Source of the DNA: Deltaproteobacteria bacterium
GTDB taxonomy: Bacteria > Desulfobacterota > Desulfuromonadia > Geobacterales > JAJYBI01
Assembly (NCBI GenBank): GCA_021779095.1
Contig: JAJYBI010000007.1
Location: 56,415 to 120,414, forward strand
Direction of reading: 5' to 3'
DNA: 64,000 bases
A program made the position numbers and the translations under genes. Positions 1 to 9,482 of this stretch are shown in pieces. The number at the start of each line of letters is the position of its first letter. The stretch's first letter is position 1. The notes beneath the pieces were generated by a model. The model worked only from the letters and a program-made list of their open reading frames with translations. It made no database searches and had not been told where the DNA came from.

Positions 1-613
1 GCCGGCTGCCGGCACGGTGATCTGCTGGGTCCTTCCCATCAGTCAAGAGGTGCGTGAGAGCAACCGGCTGAAAGAGCGGGTGCCGTCCCGCCTCTGGTCC
101 CACACCCGCCAGTACGGCGAGGCGCTGAACGGGGCGCTGCGCCGGCACCTGGTGGCGCACCTGGAGGAGCTCGGCCACCGGGCGGTGGCGCCGCAGTACT
201 CCCCCTTGTGGCGGGAGATCGCCACCCCCGCCGGTCCCACCTCCACCTGGTCGGAGCGGCATGCCGCCTATGCGGCGGGGCTCGGGACCTTCAGCCTCAA
301 CGACGGCCTCATCACGCCGCGGGGGATCGCCCACCGCTGCGGCAGCGTCGTCACCGATCTCGTCATCCCGCCGACGCCGCGCACCGCCCCCGACCACACC
401 CACAACTGCCTGTATCACCGCAACGGGAGCTGCGGTGCCTGTGTTGCCCGCTGCCCCGTCGGTGCGCTCTCCCTGAAGGGGCACGACAAGCCTCTCTGCC
501 GCGACTACGTGTACGGAACGCTGCCGGCGGAGCTTGCGGAACGGTACGGCGTGCAGGCCACCGGCTGCGGCCTCTGCCAGACCCGGGTGCCGTGCGAGTT
601 CCGCATCCCGTGA
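1..613 (+). CDS. Epoxyqueuosine reductase (QueG)-like 4Fe-4S protein, 5'-truncated by window edge
   Basis: SERHAAYAAGLGTFSLNDGLIT motif plus CGACVARCP and CGLCQTRVPC Fe-S motifs; reading frame is open back to the window start. Confidence 0.7.
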   Translation, partial: PAAGTVICWVLPISQEVRESNRLKERVPSRLWSHTRQYGEALNGALRRHLVAHLEELGHRAVAPQYSPLWREIATPAGPTSTWSERHAAYAAGLGTFSLNDGLITPRGIAHRCGSVVTDLVIPPTPRTAPDHTHNCLYHRNGSCGACVARCPVGALSLKGHDKPLCRDYVYGTLPAELAERYGVQATGCGLCQTRVPCEFRIP

Positions 614-689
614 CAGCCGTAAGGGCGGTAGCAATAACCGGACGGCTGTGCTAGCATGCCGGCAATTCATCCGTAAGACAGGATCTGCC

Positions 690-2189
690 ATGACCGGATT
701 CGTGAGGAATGTGACCGTCGTGCTGGTTATCGCCTGCGGTGCGGGGTGTGCGACCGTGCCGCGTGACGACAGCGGCGCCGTCGCCCTCAGGCTGCGGAAC
801 GAACTGCGCGGCGTCGGGGCCGACTACCGTTCCCCCGCCGAGTTCCGCAGTTTTTCCGATACGGTGACGAGGGCCGAGGTGCTCGCCACCACCGGCAGGG
901 GAGCTGAGGCCGGGAAGGTTTTCCGGCTGGCGGTCCTGAAGGGACGCATGCTGATGACGGAGGCCGCGTCGAAGCCTCCCTTGCCGGTGACCCCCGCCGA
1001 TCGGGGGAGCGAGACTCCGCAAGCACGGCGTGGCGCCGGCCATCCCGTCGTTGCGGCTCCTCCGAAGCATGCAGTCGTAGGGGCGGCCCGCGCAGCATTG
1101 ACACCGTCCGAACGCGAGAGTCCCGCCGCCGCGCCCGCCGTGCCGGTCCCATCGTCTCCGCCGGTCCTTCACCGCAGACCGGCACCTTCCCCGGCATCGA
1201 AACCGGCGCCGAAGGCCTCGCCGGGAGAGCGTTTCATGGCGGCGGACGACGGCGTCGATACGCTCCCCGCCGACGAGCGGAGCCGCATCGTCGGCACGCG
1301 GTCGGCGTACCTGGTCCGTAAGGGGGATTCCCTGACGCGGATCGGCGCCCGGCTCGGCGTGGACTGGCGGCAGCTCGCCCGGATCAACGGCATCGATCCC
1401 GATGGCATGCTACGGACCGGTCAGCTCCTGTACTACGACAACCACCGGATCGTACCGAAACGGGTGCGTGACGGCATCGTCATCAACATCCCCGACCGGA
1501 CCCTCTACCTCTTCAAGGGGGGAAAGGTGCGGAGATCCTATCCCGTGACACTGGGGCGGCCGCAGCGACCGGACGACGAACCGCAGTGGAAGACCCCCAT
1601 CGGACGCTTTACCATCACCGCCAAGGAGAAGGACCCCGCCTGGCGCGTACCGACGTCGATCCAGGAGGAGATGGAGCGGAAGGGGGAAGAGGTGGTGAAG
1701 GAGGTGCCGCCGGGCGACGACAACCCGCTGGGGAAATACGCGCTCCGGACGACATTCCCGGGGATCATGATCCACAGTACCATCGCGCCGGCCTCCATCT
1801 ATTCCTTCAGCAGCCATGGCTGCATCCGGGTGAGTCCCGACAACATGGAGGAGCTGTTCCGGTCGGTGTCCGTCCGGACCCCGGGGGAGATCGTCTACCA
1901 GCCGGTGAAGCTCTTCGTGTCACACACGGGGAGGGTCTTCCTGGAGGTGCACCGCGACATCTACGGCGTCTACCGGGGAGACCTGCCGGGGGTCGCCCGG
2001 CGGCTGATCCGGCACGAGAACGTCGCCGGACGGGTGGACTGGCATCTCGTCGAGCGGGCGCTGAAAAACAGCAGCGGCATCCCCGAGGAGATCACCCGCG
2101 ACGCAACCGACCATCGGAAGAGTGCCGTCGGGCATGCATCCGGCCACCTTTCCCGCCACGCACGATCCGGGGCTTCGGACGACTCGTGA
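690..2189 (+). CDS. LysM-domain L,D-transpeptidase (YkuD/ErfK family) with lipoprotein-like signal and Pro/Ala-rich linker
   Basis: LysM (YLVRKGDSLTRIG...LARIN), INIPDRTLYL, NPLGKYAL and catalytic HST...SHGCIRV; ATG at 690 followed by hydrophobic stretch and AGC. Confidence 0.85.
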   Translation: MTGFVRNVTVVLVIACGAGCATVPRDDSGAVALRLRNELRGVGADYRSPAEFRSFSDTVTRAEVLATTGRGAEAGKVFRLAVLKGRMLMTEAASKPPLPVTPADRGSETPQARRGAGHPVVAAPPKHAVVGAARAALTPSERESPAAAPAVPVPSSPPVLHRRPAPSPASKPAPKASPGERFMAADDGVDTLPADERSRIVGTRSAYLVRKGDSLTRIGARLGVDWRQLARINGIDPDGMLRTGQLLYYDNHRIVPKRVRDGIVINIPDRTLYLFKGGKVRRSYPVTLGRPQRPDDEPQWKTPIGRFTITAKEKDPAWRVPTSIQEEMERKGEEVVKEVPPGDDNPLGKYALRTTFPGIMIHSTIAPASIYSFSSHGCIRVSPDNMEELFRSVSVRTPGEIVYQPVKLFVSHTGRVFLEVHRDIYGVYRGDLPGVARRLIRHENVAGRVDWHLVERALKNSSGIPEEITRDATDHRKSAVGHASGHLSRHARSGASDDS

Positions 2190-2229
2190 CGCCGCCGTGC
2201 CGTTACCCCACCCATTCCGGGAGCCGTTC

Positions 2230-3309
2230 ATGGACCGATCCCTGTTCTACACCCTCACCGTCTTCGCGATATTCATCCTCCTCCTCTACCTGGTGTACGC
2301 CGTCGTCGCGCCGTTTCTCGCCTCGCTTCTATGGGCGGGGGTCATCGGCATCCTCACCTATCCGGTGTACCGGCGGCTGCGCAGCCGTCTCGGCGGTCGG
2401 AAGAACGTCGCCGCCGGGCTCATGACCGGCGCGGTGGTGCTCTTGTTCGTGCTGCCGGTGGTGGGGCTGAGCTTCTTCATCGCGCGGGAGGCCGCCAGCG
2501 CCTACGGTTTTCTCGAACGCGCCACGGCCGACGGCGGACACCGGGTGATGAACGACATCCTTTCCCATCCGCTGGTCAAAACGTTGATCGACCGGGTCCA
2601 GCCCTACACCGGACCGCTCGATTTCTCCCTCGATACCACCGTATTCCCGGAGATGAAGAAGGTGGCCGCCCTCGTACTCAACTACTCCAAGGCGCTGGTC
2701 AAGAACGTCTTCCTCATCATCATCAAGCTGATCCTGACCATCATCGCCCTGTTCTTCGTCTACCGCGACGGCGAACGGTTCCGGCAGCAGCTCCTGTCCG
2801 TCATCCCGCTCAACGACCTGCACAAGCAGACGCTGGTCGATACGGTGGAGCGGGTGCTGATGGCGGTGGTCTACGGCGTCTTTCTCACCTGCCTCGTGCA
2901 GGGGACGCTGGGGGGACTCGGCTTCTGGGTGACCGGCCTGCCGTCGCCGGTGCTGTTCGGCGCCATGATGTCGGTGAGCGCCCTGATCCCGGTGGTCGGA
3001 ACGGCGCTCATCTGGCTGCCGGGGGCGGTTTACCTGATGATGACGGGGGATGTGGCGATGGGGGCCGGGTTGATCGTCTGGGGCGTCGCCGCGGTGAGTT
3101 CCATCGACAACGTCATCCGTCCGATTTTCATCAGCGGCAAGGCGCGGCTGTCGGTGCTCGTGGTGGCCGTCGGTGGCCTCGGCGGCCTCGTGGCCTTCGG
3201 CGTCATCGGGGTCGTGGTCGGGCCGCTCTTGCTGGCGCTCTCCCTGGCACTTTTCGACATCTACCGGCACAACATCGGTGACGACGGGACGCCGACGCCG
3301 ACGGCATAG
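2230..3309 (+). CDS. AI-2E family transporter (UPF0118)
   Basis: Multi-TM protein with FFVYRDG, IPVVGTALIWLP, IDNVIRP, GPLLLAL motifs. Confidence 0.88.
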   Translation: MDRSLFYTLTVFAIFILLLYLVYAVVAPFLASLLWAGVIGILTYPVYRRLRSRLGGRKNVAAGLMTGAVVLLFVLPVVGLSFFIAREAASAYGFLERATADGGHRVMNDILSHPLVKTLIDRVQPYTGPLDFSLDTTVFPEMKKVAALVLNYSKALVKNVFLIIIKLILTIIALFFVYRDGERFRQQLLSVIPLNDLHKQTLVDTVERVLMAVVYGVFLTCLVQGTLGGLGFWVTGLPSPVLFGAMMSVSALIPVVGTALIWLPGAVYLMMTGDVAMGAGLIVWGVAAVSSIDNVIRPIFISGKARLSVLVVAVGGLGGLVAFGVIGVVVGPLLLALSLALFDIYRHNIGDDGTPTPTA

Positions 3310-3360
3310 CACGAACGGACGCCGAATATACAGGGGTGTACATTGACAAGCCGACATGAC

Positions 3361-3490
3361 CCCCCCTCCCTCCGGGAGAGGGCTAGGGTGAGGGGAAAGG
3401 CCGATTTCCCATTCCACAAATCTCCCTCATCCGGCCTCCGGCCCCTTCTCCCAGAGGGAGAAGGGTTTAGCTGAAGATCAGCGCTAATCA
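3361..3490. repeat. REP/MITE-like palindromic intergenic element, copy 1
   Basis: Internal hairpins CTCCC..GGGAG and CCTTCTCCC..GGGAGAAGG; about 90% identical by manual alignment to 7614-7744. Confidence 0.85.
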
Positions 3491-3511
3491 GGTATCGTTT
3501 CGGCGAAACGG

Positions 3512-4099
3512 TTACCTGTCGGCGCAGATGCCGGCGAGCCGGCGGTAGTCGTCCGGGGTGTCCATCTCCAGCAGCACCCCCTGGTCGTCGATCGGAACGA
3601 ACCGCAGCTCTTCCGCATTGTGCACCAGGTCGCGCAGGGTGAGGCCGTCGTTCAGCCCGTCCAGAAGCCGGCGGGGGAAGACCACCGGATGGCCCCGCCG
3701 GCCGTCGCAGACCGGGATGATGATGGCGTCCGGGTCACGCCTGCCGGTGTCCGCCAGGCGCGTAACGGTTTCGGGAGAGACCAGCGGGTGGTCGCAGAGG
3801 GCGATCATGACCCCGTTCGCGTCCGGCGGCAGGGCGTCGCGGCCGGCCCGGACCGAATCGGCCATCTCCCCCTCCGGGTCCATAGTGCGGACGACCCGTA
3901 CCGGGTATGCCGCCACCGCTTCGACGACCGCGTCGCCGTCGGGGGATACCACCACCAGCGGCTCCACCATCCCCCCCTTGAGCAGCGTCTCCACGCAGTG
4001 GACCACCGCCGCCGTGCCGTCAAGGGGGAGGAGCTGCTTGCAGCTCCCCATCCGCCTCGACCGGCCGGCCGCCAGCAGGATCGCCGTGATGCGCGCCAT
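3512..4099 (-). CDS. mocA: Molybdenum cofactor cytidylyltransferase-like NTP transferase
   Basis: ILLAAGRSRRMG-KQLL, DHP, GHPVVF, MDTPDDY motifs; operon with xdhC. Confidence 0.8.
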   Translation of the reverse strand: MARITAILLAAGRSRRMGSCKQLLPLDGTAAVVHCVETLLKGGMVEPLVVVSPDGDAVVEAVAAYPVRVVRTMDPEGEMADSVRAGRDALPPDANGVMIALCDHPLVSPETVTRLADTGRRDPDAIIIPVCDGRRGHPVVFPRRLLDGLNDGLTLRDLVHNAEELRFVPIDDQGVLLEMDTPDDYRRLAGICADR

Positions 4100-4862
4100 G
4101 CATCCTCCTCTCCCGGATGAGCTGTCCCACGATGCTCACCGCGATCTCTTCCGGCGTCTCGGCGCCGATATCCAGCCCCACCGGCGTCACGATCCGTTCG
4201 CACTGCAGCGCGCCCACCCCCTCTCCCTCCAGGGTAGTCAGCAGGAGCTCCCGCTTGCGCCGGCTCCCCACGAGGCCGATAAACCGGGCATCCGTCTTCA
4301 GCGCCCCTCGCACCGCCTCGAAGTCGTGCAGGTGGCCCGGTGTCGCGATGACCACGCTGGTGTCGCGGTCCACCGACAGGCGCGGGAAGGCGTCGGCCAC
4401 CGTGGCGCAGACGATCTCGTGGGCAAAGGGGAACTGGTCCCGGCCCGTGCACTCCGGGCGTTCGTCAACCACGGTGACCCGGAAACCGCACGTGGCCGCC
4501 AGGGCCGACACCGCCTTCCCCACGTGGCCGGCGCCGAACATGACGAGCCGCGGCATCCCGCCGTGCGGCTCCACGTAGACCTCCATGCTGCCGCCGCAGG
4601 CGAAGCCGTTCTCCTCCGTGAGGCGAAAGGGGAGGGTGCGGGGACTGCCGTCACGAAGTGCAGCCTGTGCCGCCGCCACCGTCTCCTGTTCCACCCTCCC
4701 GCCGCCGACGCTCCCCAGGGTGGCGCCGTCGCCGTACACGAGCATCCGGGCGCCCGCCTTGCGGGGGGACGAGCCGCCGCACGCAGTCACCGTGGCGAGG
4801 GAGAACGGCGTCCCGGACCGCAGCAGCCGGACCGCCTCCTCGTAGATCTCCAGGTCGGTCAT
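4020..4862 (-). CDS. xdhC: XdhC/CoxI family molybdoenzyme maturation factor
   Basis: GSSPRKAGARM, GSVGGG, CGGSMEV, FGAGHVG, PVGLDIGAETPEEIAVSI. Confidence 0.9.
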   Translation of the reverse strand: MTDLEIYEEAVRLLRSGTPFSLATVTACGGSSPRKAGARMLVYGDGATLGSVGGGRVEQETVAAAQAALRDGSPRTLPFRLTEENGFACGGSMEVYVEPHGGMPRLVMFGAGHVGKAVSALAATCGFRVTVVDERPECTGRDQFPFAHEIVCATVADAFPRLSVDRDTSVVIATPGHLHDFEAVRGALKTDARFIGLVGSRRKRELLLTTLEGEGVGALQCERIVTPVGLDIGAETPEEIAVSIVGQLIRERRMHGAHHGDPAGGRPVEADGELQAAPPP

Positions 4863-7042
4863 GCGGTCTCCTTCCGCGCGGCGAGGGCGGCCTTGATCTT
4901 CTCCGGCAGCATCGGCAGCGACCGCACCCGGGCGCCGGTGGCGGCGTAGAGGGCATTGGCTACGGCGGGGGCGATGGGCGGTGTTCCCGGTTCGCCCACA
5001 CCGCCGGGGGGCTCGTCGCTTCTGACGATATGCACCTCGATCCGCGGGGCCGCCGTCATCCGTACCGACGGGTAGGTGTCGAAGTTCCCCTGCTGCACCC
5101 GGCCGTTCTTCAGGGTGATCTCGCCGTACAGCGCCGCGGAGAGGCCGAAGACGATCCCCGACTCCATCTGGGCGGCGATGGTGTCCGGGTTCACGATCCG
5201 CCCGCAGTCGATGACGCAGACCACCCGGTGCACCTTGATCGTGTTGTTCCTGTCGAGCGACACCTCCGCCACCTGGGCGACGAAACTGCCGAACGACTCA
5301 TGGACGGCGATGCCGCGGCCGGTGCCGGGGGGGAGTTTCGTCCCCCAGCCCGCCTTTTTCGCCGCCATTTCCAGGACGCGGCGGTGGCGGGGATGGGCGG
5401 CCAGGAGCGCCCGCCGGTACCGGTACGGGTCCTTCCCCGCCCCGTGGGCGAGCTCGTCCATGAAGCACTCCACGGCGAAGGCGGTGTTGGAGTGCCCCAC
5501 GGAGCGCCACCAGAGGACCGGCACGCCGTTCTTCGTGGTGTGCAGGTCCACGAGCAGGTGGGGGATGCGGTACGGGATGGTGGCTGCACCTTCCACCGAG
5601 GTGTTGTCGATGCCGTTTTTGACCATGGCCGATTCGAAGGCGGTGCCGGCGGTGATGGATTGGCCGACGATGGTATGGTGCCAGGTATGTGGATTCCCTT
5701 TCGGGTCAAGGGTGGCGGTGAGCCGGTTGGTCCAGCAGGGTCGGTAGAAGCCGGCCCGCATGTCATCCTCCCGGGTGCGGATCGTCTTTACCGGCCTGCC
5801 CACCGCCTTCGCCACCTGGGCCGCCTCCACTACGAAATCGGAGGCGGGGCAGCCCCGGCGGCCGAAGCCGCCCCCCAGGAAGGTAGTCTCGAAGTCCACC
5901 TGTTCCGGGGGAAGGCCGGCCACCTTGGCGACGGCGGCCCGGTCGACGGTCTGGAACTGGGAGCCGGTGCGCACGATCCAGTGCCCCGGACGGGGATCGA
6001 CGAAGCAGTTCAGCGGTTCCATGGGAGCGTGGGCGAGGTAGGGAAGTTCGTACAGCGCTTCGAAACGGTGGGGCGTCTTCGCCAGTACGTCGAGGGGGTC
6101 TCCCTCCTTCCGTGCGGTGAGGCCGGGGGTGGTGGAGAGCCGGGCGTACTCCGCCCGCATCGTGTCGGAAGAGAGGTGCGACCACCTCCCCTCGTTCCAC
6201 TGGACCTCCAGGAGGTCGCGCCCTTTGCTGGCGGGCCAGAAGCCGTTCGCCACCACGGCGACTCCGGCATCCACCGCCACCACCCGCACGACGCCGGGAA
6301 GCGCCAGCGCCTTCGTCGCGTCGAAGCTCACTAGCTGGGCACCGAAGACCGGCGGGCGGGCGATGACGGCGGTCAGCATGCCGGGTATGTGCACGTCGAT
6401 ACCGAAGACGGCCGTCCCGGCGACCTTGGCCGGGCTGTCGAGACGGTGGAGCGGGCGGCCCAGGATGGAGTGCGTTCGTGTGGCGTTCAGTCGCGGTTCC
6501 TTCGGTACCGGCAGCCTGGCCGCCCGGGCGGCCAGGCTGCCGTAGGTAAGCTTCCTGCCGTCGGGTCCGGTGACAACGCCGTTCATCGCATGGCAGGCGG
6601 ACGGCTCCACCTTCCATTCCCGGGCTGCCGCCATAACGAGCATCTCCCGAGCGGCCGCCCCGGCCATGGACAGGCGGGTCCATTCCGTACGGACGCTGGT
6701 GCTGCCGCCGGTGACCATGATCGGGCCGAACGTGGCGTGGTTGTAGGGTGGCGCCACGGGGGATGCCTCTACCCGCACCGACTTCCAGTCGCAGGCGAGC
6801 TCCTCTGCCACGAGCATCGGCAGCGAGGTGTAGACCCCCTGGCCCATCTCCGACTTGTTGACGATGACCGTGACGCTGCCGTCGCTGCCGACGCGCAGAT
6901 AGGCGTTGGGGGCGAAGAGATCGCCCTCTGCCGCCAGCGCCTGCCGGCCGAGCGGGATGTGGCAGGCGAGCACGAGGCCGCCCCCCAGGAGGGCGCCGGT
7001 CTTGAGGAAGTCGCGCCTGCTCAGTTTCCTGATGTCGCTCAT
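4859..7042 (-). CDS. iorB: Xanthine oxidase family molybdopterin-binding subunit (isoquinoline 1-oxidoreductase beta/IorB type) with Tat signal
   Basis: SRRDFLK Tat motif, EMGQG, TGGSTS, HAPMEP, GGGFGRR, WRSVG, GGVGEPG; start ATG at 7042 overlaps the iorA stop. Confidence 0.88.
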   Translation of the reverse strand: MSDIRKLSRRDFLKTGALLGGGLVLACHIPLGRQALAAEGDLFAPNAYLRVGSDGSVTVIVNKSEMGQGVYTSLPMLVAEELACDWKSVRVEASPVAPPYNHATFGPIMVTGGSTSVRTEWTRLSMAGAAAREMLVMAAAREWKVEPSACHAMNGVVTGPDGRKLTYGSLAARAARLPVPKEPRLNATRTHSILGRPLHRLDSPAKVAGTAVFGIDVHIPGMLTAVIARPPVFGAQLVSFDATKALALPGVVRVVAVDAGVAVVANGFWPASKGRDLLEVQWNEGRWSHLSSDTMRAEYARLSTTPGLTARKEGDPLDVLAKTPHRFEALYELPYLAHAPMEPLNCFVDPRPGHWIVRTGSQFQTVDRAAVAKVAGLPPEQVDFETTFLGGGFGRRGCPASDFVVEAAQVAKAVGRPVKTIRTREDDMRAGFYRPCWTNRLTATLDPKGNPHTWHHTIVGQSITAGTAFESAMVKNGIDNTSVEGAATIPYRIPHLLVDLHTTKNGVPVLWWRSVGHSNTAFAVECFMDELAHGAGKDPYRYRRALLAAHPRHRRVLEMAAKKAGWGTKLPPGTGRGIAVHESFGSFVAQVAEVSLDRNNTIKVHRVVCVIDCGRIVNPDTIAAQMESGIVFGLSAALYGEITLKNGRVQQGNFDTYPSVRMTAAPRIEVHIVRSDEPPGGVGEPGTPPIAPAVANALYAATGARVRSLPMLPEKIKAALAARKETA

Positions 7043-7506
7043 GACCGTTTCCCCCTTTTCCGATCCTCCCCGGCTGCGGTACGGATCGCACGGCGGATTC
7101 GCCCGTAGGTGCCGCAGCGACAGAGGTTCCCCTCCATGGCCGTGTCGATCTGCGCGTCCGTGGGGTGGGGCGTCGTCGCCAGGAGCGCCACCGCCGACAT
7201 GATCTGCCCCGGCTGACAGTAGCCGCACTGGGAGACCTCGTCCGCAATCCACGCCTCCTTCACCGGATGGGAGGCGGGGATCGCCTCGATGGTGGTGATT
7301 TTTCTGCCCCGCACCTCGTCCAGCGTCGTGATGCAGGAGCGGCGCGGCTGGCCGTCGACGTGCACCGTGCAGGCGCCGCAGAGTCCTTCGCCGCAGCCGA
7401 ACTTGGTGCCGGTGAGCCGCAGGTGGTCGCGCAGCACCCAGAGGAGCGGCGTGTCCGGAGCAAGGTCCAGGTCGTGCCGGGCGTCGTTGACGTACAGGGT
7501 AATCAT
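7039..7506 (-). CDS. iorA: 2x[2Fe-2S] small subunit (IorA/CoxS type)
   Basis: [33 protein letters not shown]; GGAGG RBS upstream of ATG 7506. Confidence 0.9.
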   Translation of the reverse strand: MITLYVNDARHDLDLAPDTPLLWVLRDHLRLTGTKFGCGEGLCGACTVHVDGQPRRSCITTLDEVRGRKITTIEAIPASHPVKEAWIADEVSQCGYCQPGQIMSAVALLATTPHPTDAQIDTAMEGNLCRCGTYGRIRRAIRTAAGEDRKRGKRS

Positions 7507-7577
7507 GGTTCCTCCTGCGCGGGAAGCTGTGACCGCTTCCGTGTCGTGCAACCGGGATGTTTGCCATCCTACTACCC

Positions 7578-7744
7578 GATTAGCATCAATCTTCCGCTAG
7601 ACGTTTAACGAGTCCCCTCTCCCCCTGGGAGAGGGCTAGGGTGAGGGAAAAGGCTGATTTTCCATCTCATAAATCTCCCTCATCCGGCCTCCGGTCACCT
7701 TCTCCAAGAGGGAGAAGGGTTTAGCGGAAGATCAGCTCTAATCA
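7578..7744. repeat. REP/MITE-like element, copy 2, with imperfect 22-bp terminal inverted repeats
   Basis: Direct repeat of 3361-3490 at 7614-7744; GATTAGcatcaATCTTCCGCTA (7578-7599) vs TAGCGGAAGATcagctCTAATC (7722-7743), 17/22 complementary. Confidence 0.8.
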
Positions 7745-8026
7745 TATCTACTATTTATACAGCGTCGCGGAGGATTGGCAACCGGCCGGGTAGATGACAG
7801 AAGGGGGTATTTCGGGGACAGGAATTCCACCGGTGCGAACGGTGAAGGAGGCGGCCAGCCCGCTGGACTTCTGATTCCGGTTTGGGCAGGTCTGCAAGCG
7901 GTGGTGCTGCCGTTTGCAGGCGGTACGGTGAAAAAACCAGTTGAACGGTGGGGCGGTTTCTGCGATAGTGACCGCCAGGTGTATACATGATCCGTGCGGT
8001 TATCGCATTTCAGGGGAGGTGTGCGT

Positions 8027-9013
8027 ATGAAGGCAGTGCTCATGGAAGGATTCGGCGGGGTGGAGGTGCTGAAGATCGGCGAGGTGGAGCGGCCATCGCC
8101 GAAGCCGGGCGAGGTGCTCATCAAGGTGGTCGCTACCTCCATCAACCGTCCCGACCTGGTCCAGCGCGAGGGGAAATACCCGCCGCCGCCGGGGGATTCC
8201 GATATCCTCGGGCTGGAGGTGTCCGGCACCATCGAGGAGCTGGGGGACGACGTGACCGGCTGGAAGAAGGGGGACCGGGTCATGACGCTGGTCGGCGGCG
8301 GCGGCTACGCGGAGTACGCCGTGGCCTACGCATGCCACCTGATCCCGATCCCTGATTCCATGAGCTTCGAGGAGGCGGCCTGCGTCTGCGAATCCTACAC
8401 CACCGCGTTTCTCAACGTCTTCATGATCGGCGGTCTGGAGGACGGCAACACAGTCATCCTCCACGGCGGCGGCGGCGGGGTGAACACCGCCGGCATCCAG
8501 CTCTGCAAGGCGCTCGTTCCCAATACCCGGATCATCGTCACCGCCCATCCCAGCAAGCTGGAGCGGGTGAAGTATCTCGGGGCCGACCTGGTCATCGACT
8601 ACACCCAGACCCCCGACTTCTCCGAACTGGTGAAGGAGTTTACCGGCAAGAAGGGGGTTGACGTGATCCTCGACCATGTGGGGGCCAGGTACCTGGCGCC
8701 CAACATGAACTCCCTCGGCTACAAGGGGCGGCTTGTGATCATCGGCGTCATCAGCGGCATCAAGGCGGAGCTGAACCTCGCCCTCATGATGGTGAAGCGC
8801 CAGCAGATCATCGGGTCGGTCCTTCGCTCCCGGCCGGTGAAGGAGAAGGGGGAGATCGCCGCCGAATTCACGCGCCGTGCGCTCCCGAAATTCGCCGACC
8901 GAACCATCGTGCCGATCATCGAGAAGGTGTTCGACATCGACCAGGTCGTGGATGCCCACCGGATGATGGAGGAGGACCGGCACTTCGGCAAGATCGTGCT
9001 GAAGGTCTCCTGA
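8027..9013 (+). CDS. NAD(P)H-quinone oxidoreductase (MDR, PIG3/zeta-crystallin family)
   Basis: INRPDLVQREGKYPPPPGDSDILGLEVSG, GGGYAEY, HFGKIVL; GGAGG RBS. Confidence 0.9.
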   Translation: MKAVLMEGFGGVEVLKIGEVERPSPKPGEVLIKVVATSINRPDLVQREGKYPPPPGDSDILGLEVSGTIEELGDDVTGWKKGDRVMTLVGGGGYAEYAVAYACHLIPIPDSMSFEEAACVCESYTTAFLNVFMIGGLEDGNTVILHGGGGGVNTAGIQLCKALVPNTRIIVTAHPSKLERVKYLGADLVIDYTQTPDFSELVKEFTGKKGVDVILDHVGARYLAPNMNSLGYKGRLVIIGVISGIKAELNLALMMVKRQQIIGSVLRSRPVKEKGEIAAEFTRRALPKFADRTIVPIIEKVFDIDQVVDAHRMMEEDRHFGKIVLKVS

Positions 9014-9041
9014 TCCGGCACCTTTGGACGCGGCATGTCAC

Positions 9042-9076
9042 AACGGCGGACCGCCCCCTGGCGGTCCGCCGTTTTT
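9042..9076. terminator. Rho-independent terminator between convergent genes
   Basis: AACGGCGGACCGCC/GGCGGTCCGCCGTT stem followed by T-run. Confidence 0.8.
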
Positions 9077-9101
9077 CGTCGCGGCATGGCGCGACGTCCG
9101 G

Positions 9102-9482
9102 TCACCGGCGGTTGTCGCGACGATCATCGTCATCATACCGCCAGTCATCGCGGTCGTCATGCCGGGGCCGCCAGTCGTCACGATGCGTGTCGCAGACGGT
9201 CCTTCCGCGGGGCGCCACGAACCGTCCGCGGTCGTAGTATGCCTCACGCATCGTCCGGCAGTCGCGGTCGAGGTCGCGACGGTGGCGATAGCCGTAGTCA
9301 TAATCGTAATCGCGGACGTAAACCGGCCGGTACTCCCTGACGACGGGATAACTCCGGTACCAGCCGGTGTAGACCGGTGCGACCGGCACCCCCAGGGTAA
9401 TGCCGAAGCTGAAACCGTCCGCGGCGAGGGCGCTGCCGGTACAGAGGAGGGTGAGTGCCGCGGCGAGGATGAGCTTTTTCAT
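9102..9482 (-). CDS. Hypothetical secreted protein with Arg/Asp/Tyr-rich tail
   Basis: AAAGGAG RBS, signal peptide MKKLILAAALTLLCTGSALA, low-complexity RDDWR-type C-terminus. Confidence 0.75.
   Translation of the reverse strand: MKKLILAAALTLLCTGSALAADGFSFGITLGVPVAPVYTGWYRSYPVVREYRPVYVRDYDYDYGYRHRRDLDRDCRTMREAYYDRGRFVAPRGRTVCDTHRDDWRPRHDDRDDWRYDDDDRRDNRR

Noticed and set aside
1-613. Reductive dehalogenase
   Set aside because: It shares only generic Fe-S motifs, no rdhB anchor follows, and the N-terminus is outside the window; QueG-like is the simpler call
7043-7567. N-terminal extension of iorB in the 902-aa ORF
   Set aside because: It overlaps iorA in another frame; the Tat signal and RBS place the start at 7042
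3361-7744. Repeats as a CRISPR array
   Set aside because: Only two long copies 4.2 kb apart, no repeat-spacer periodicity and no cas genes
7507-8026. Moco or c-di-GMP (GEMM) riboswitch upstream of iorA
   Set aside because: I could not identify the conserved motifs on either strand by eye
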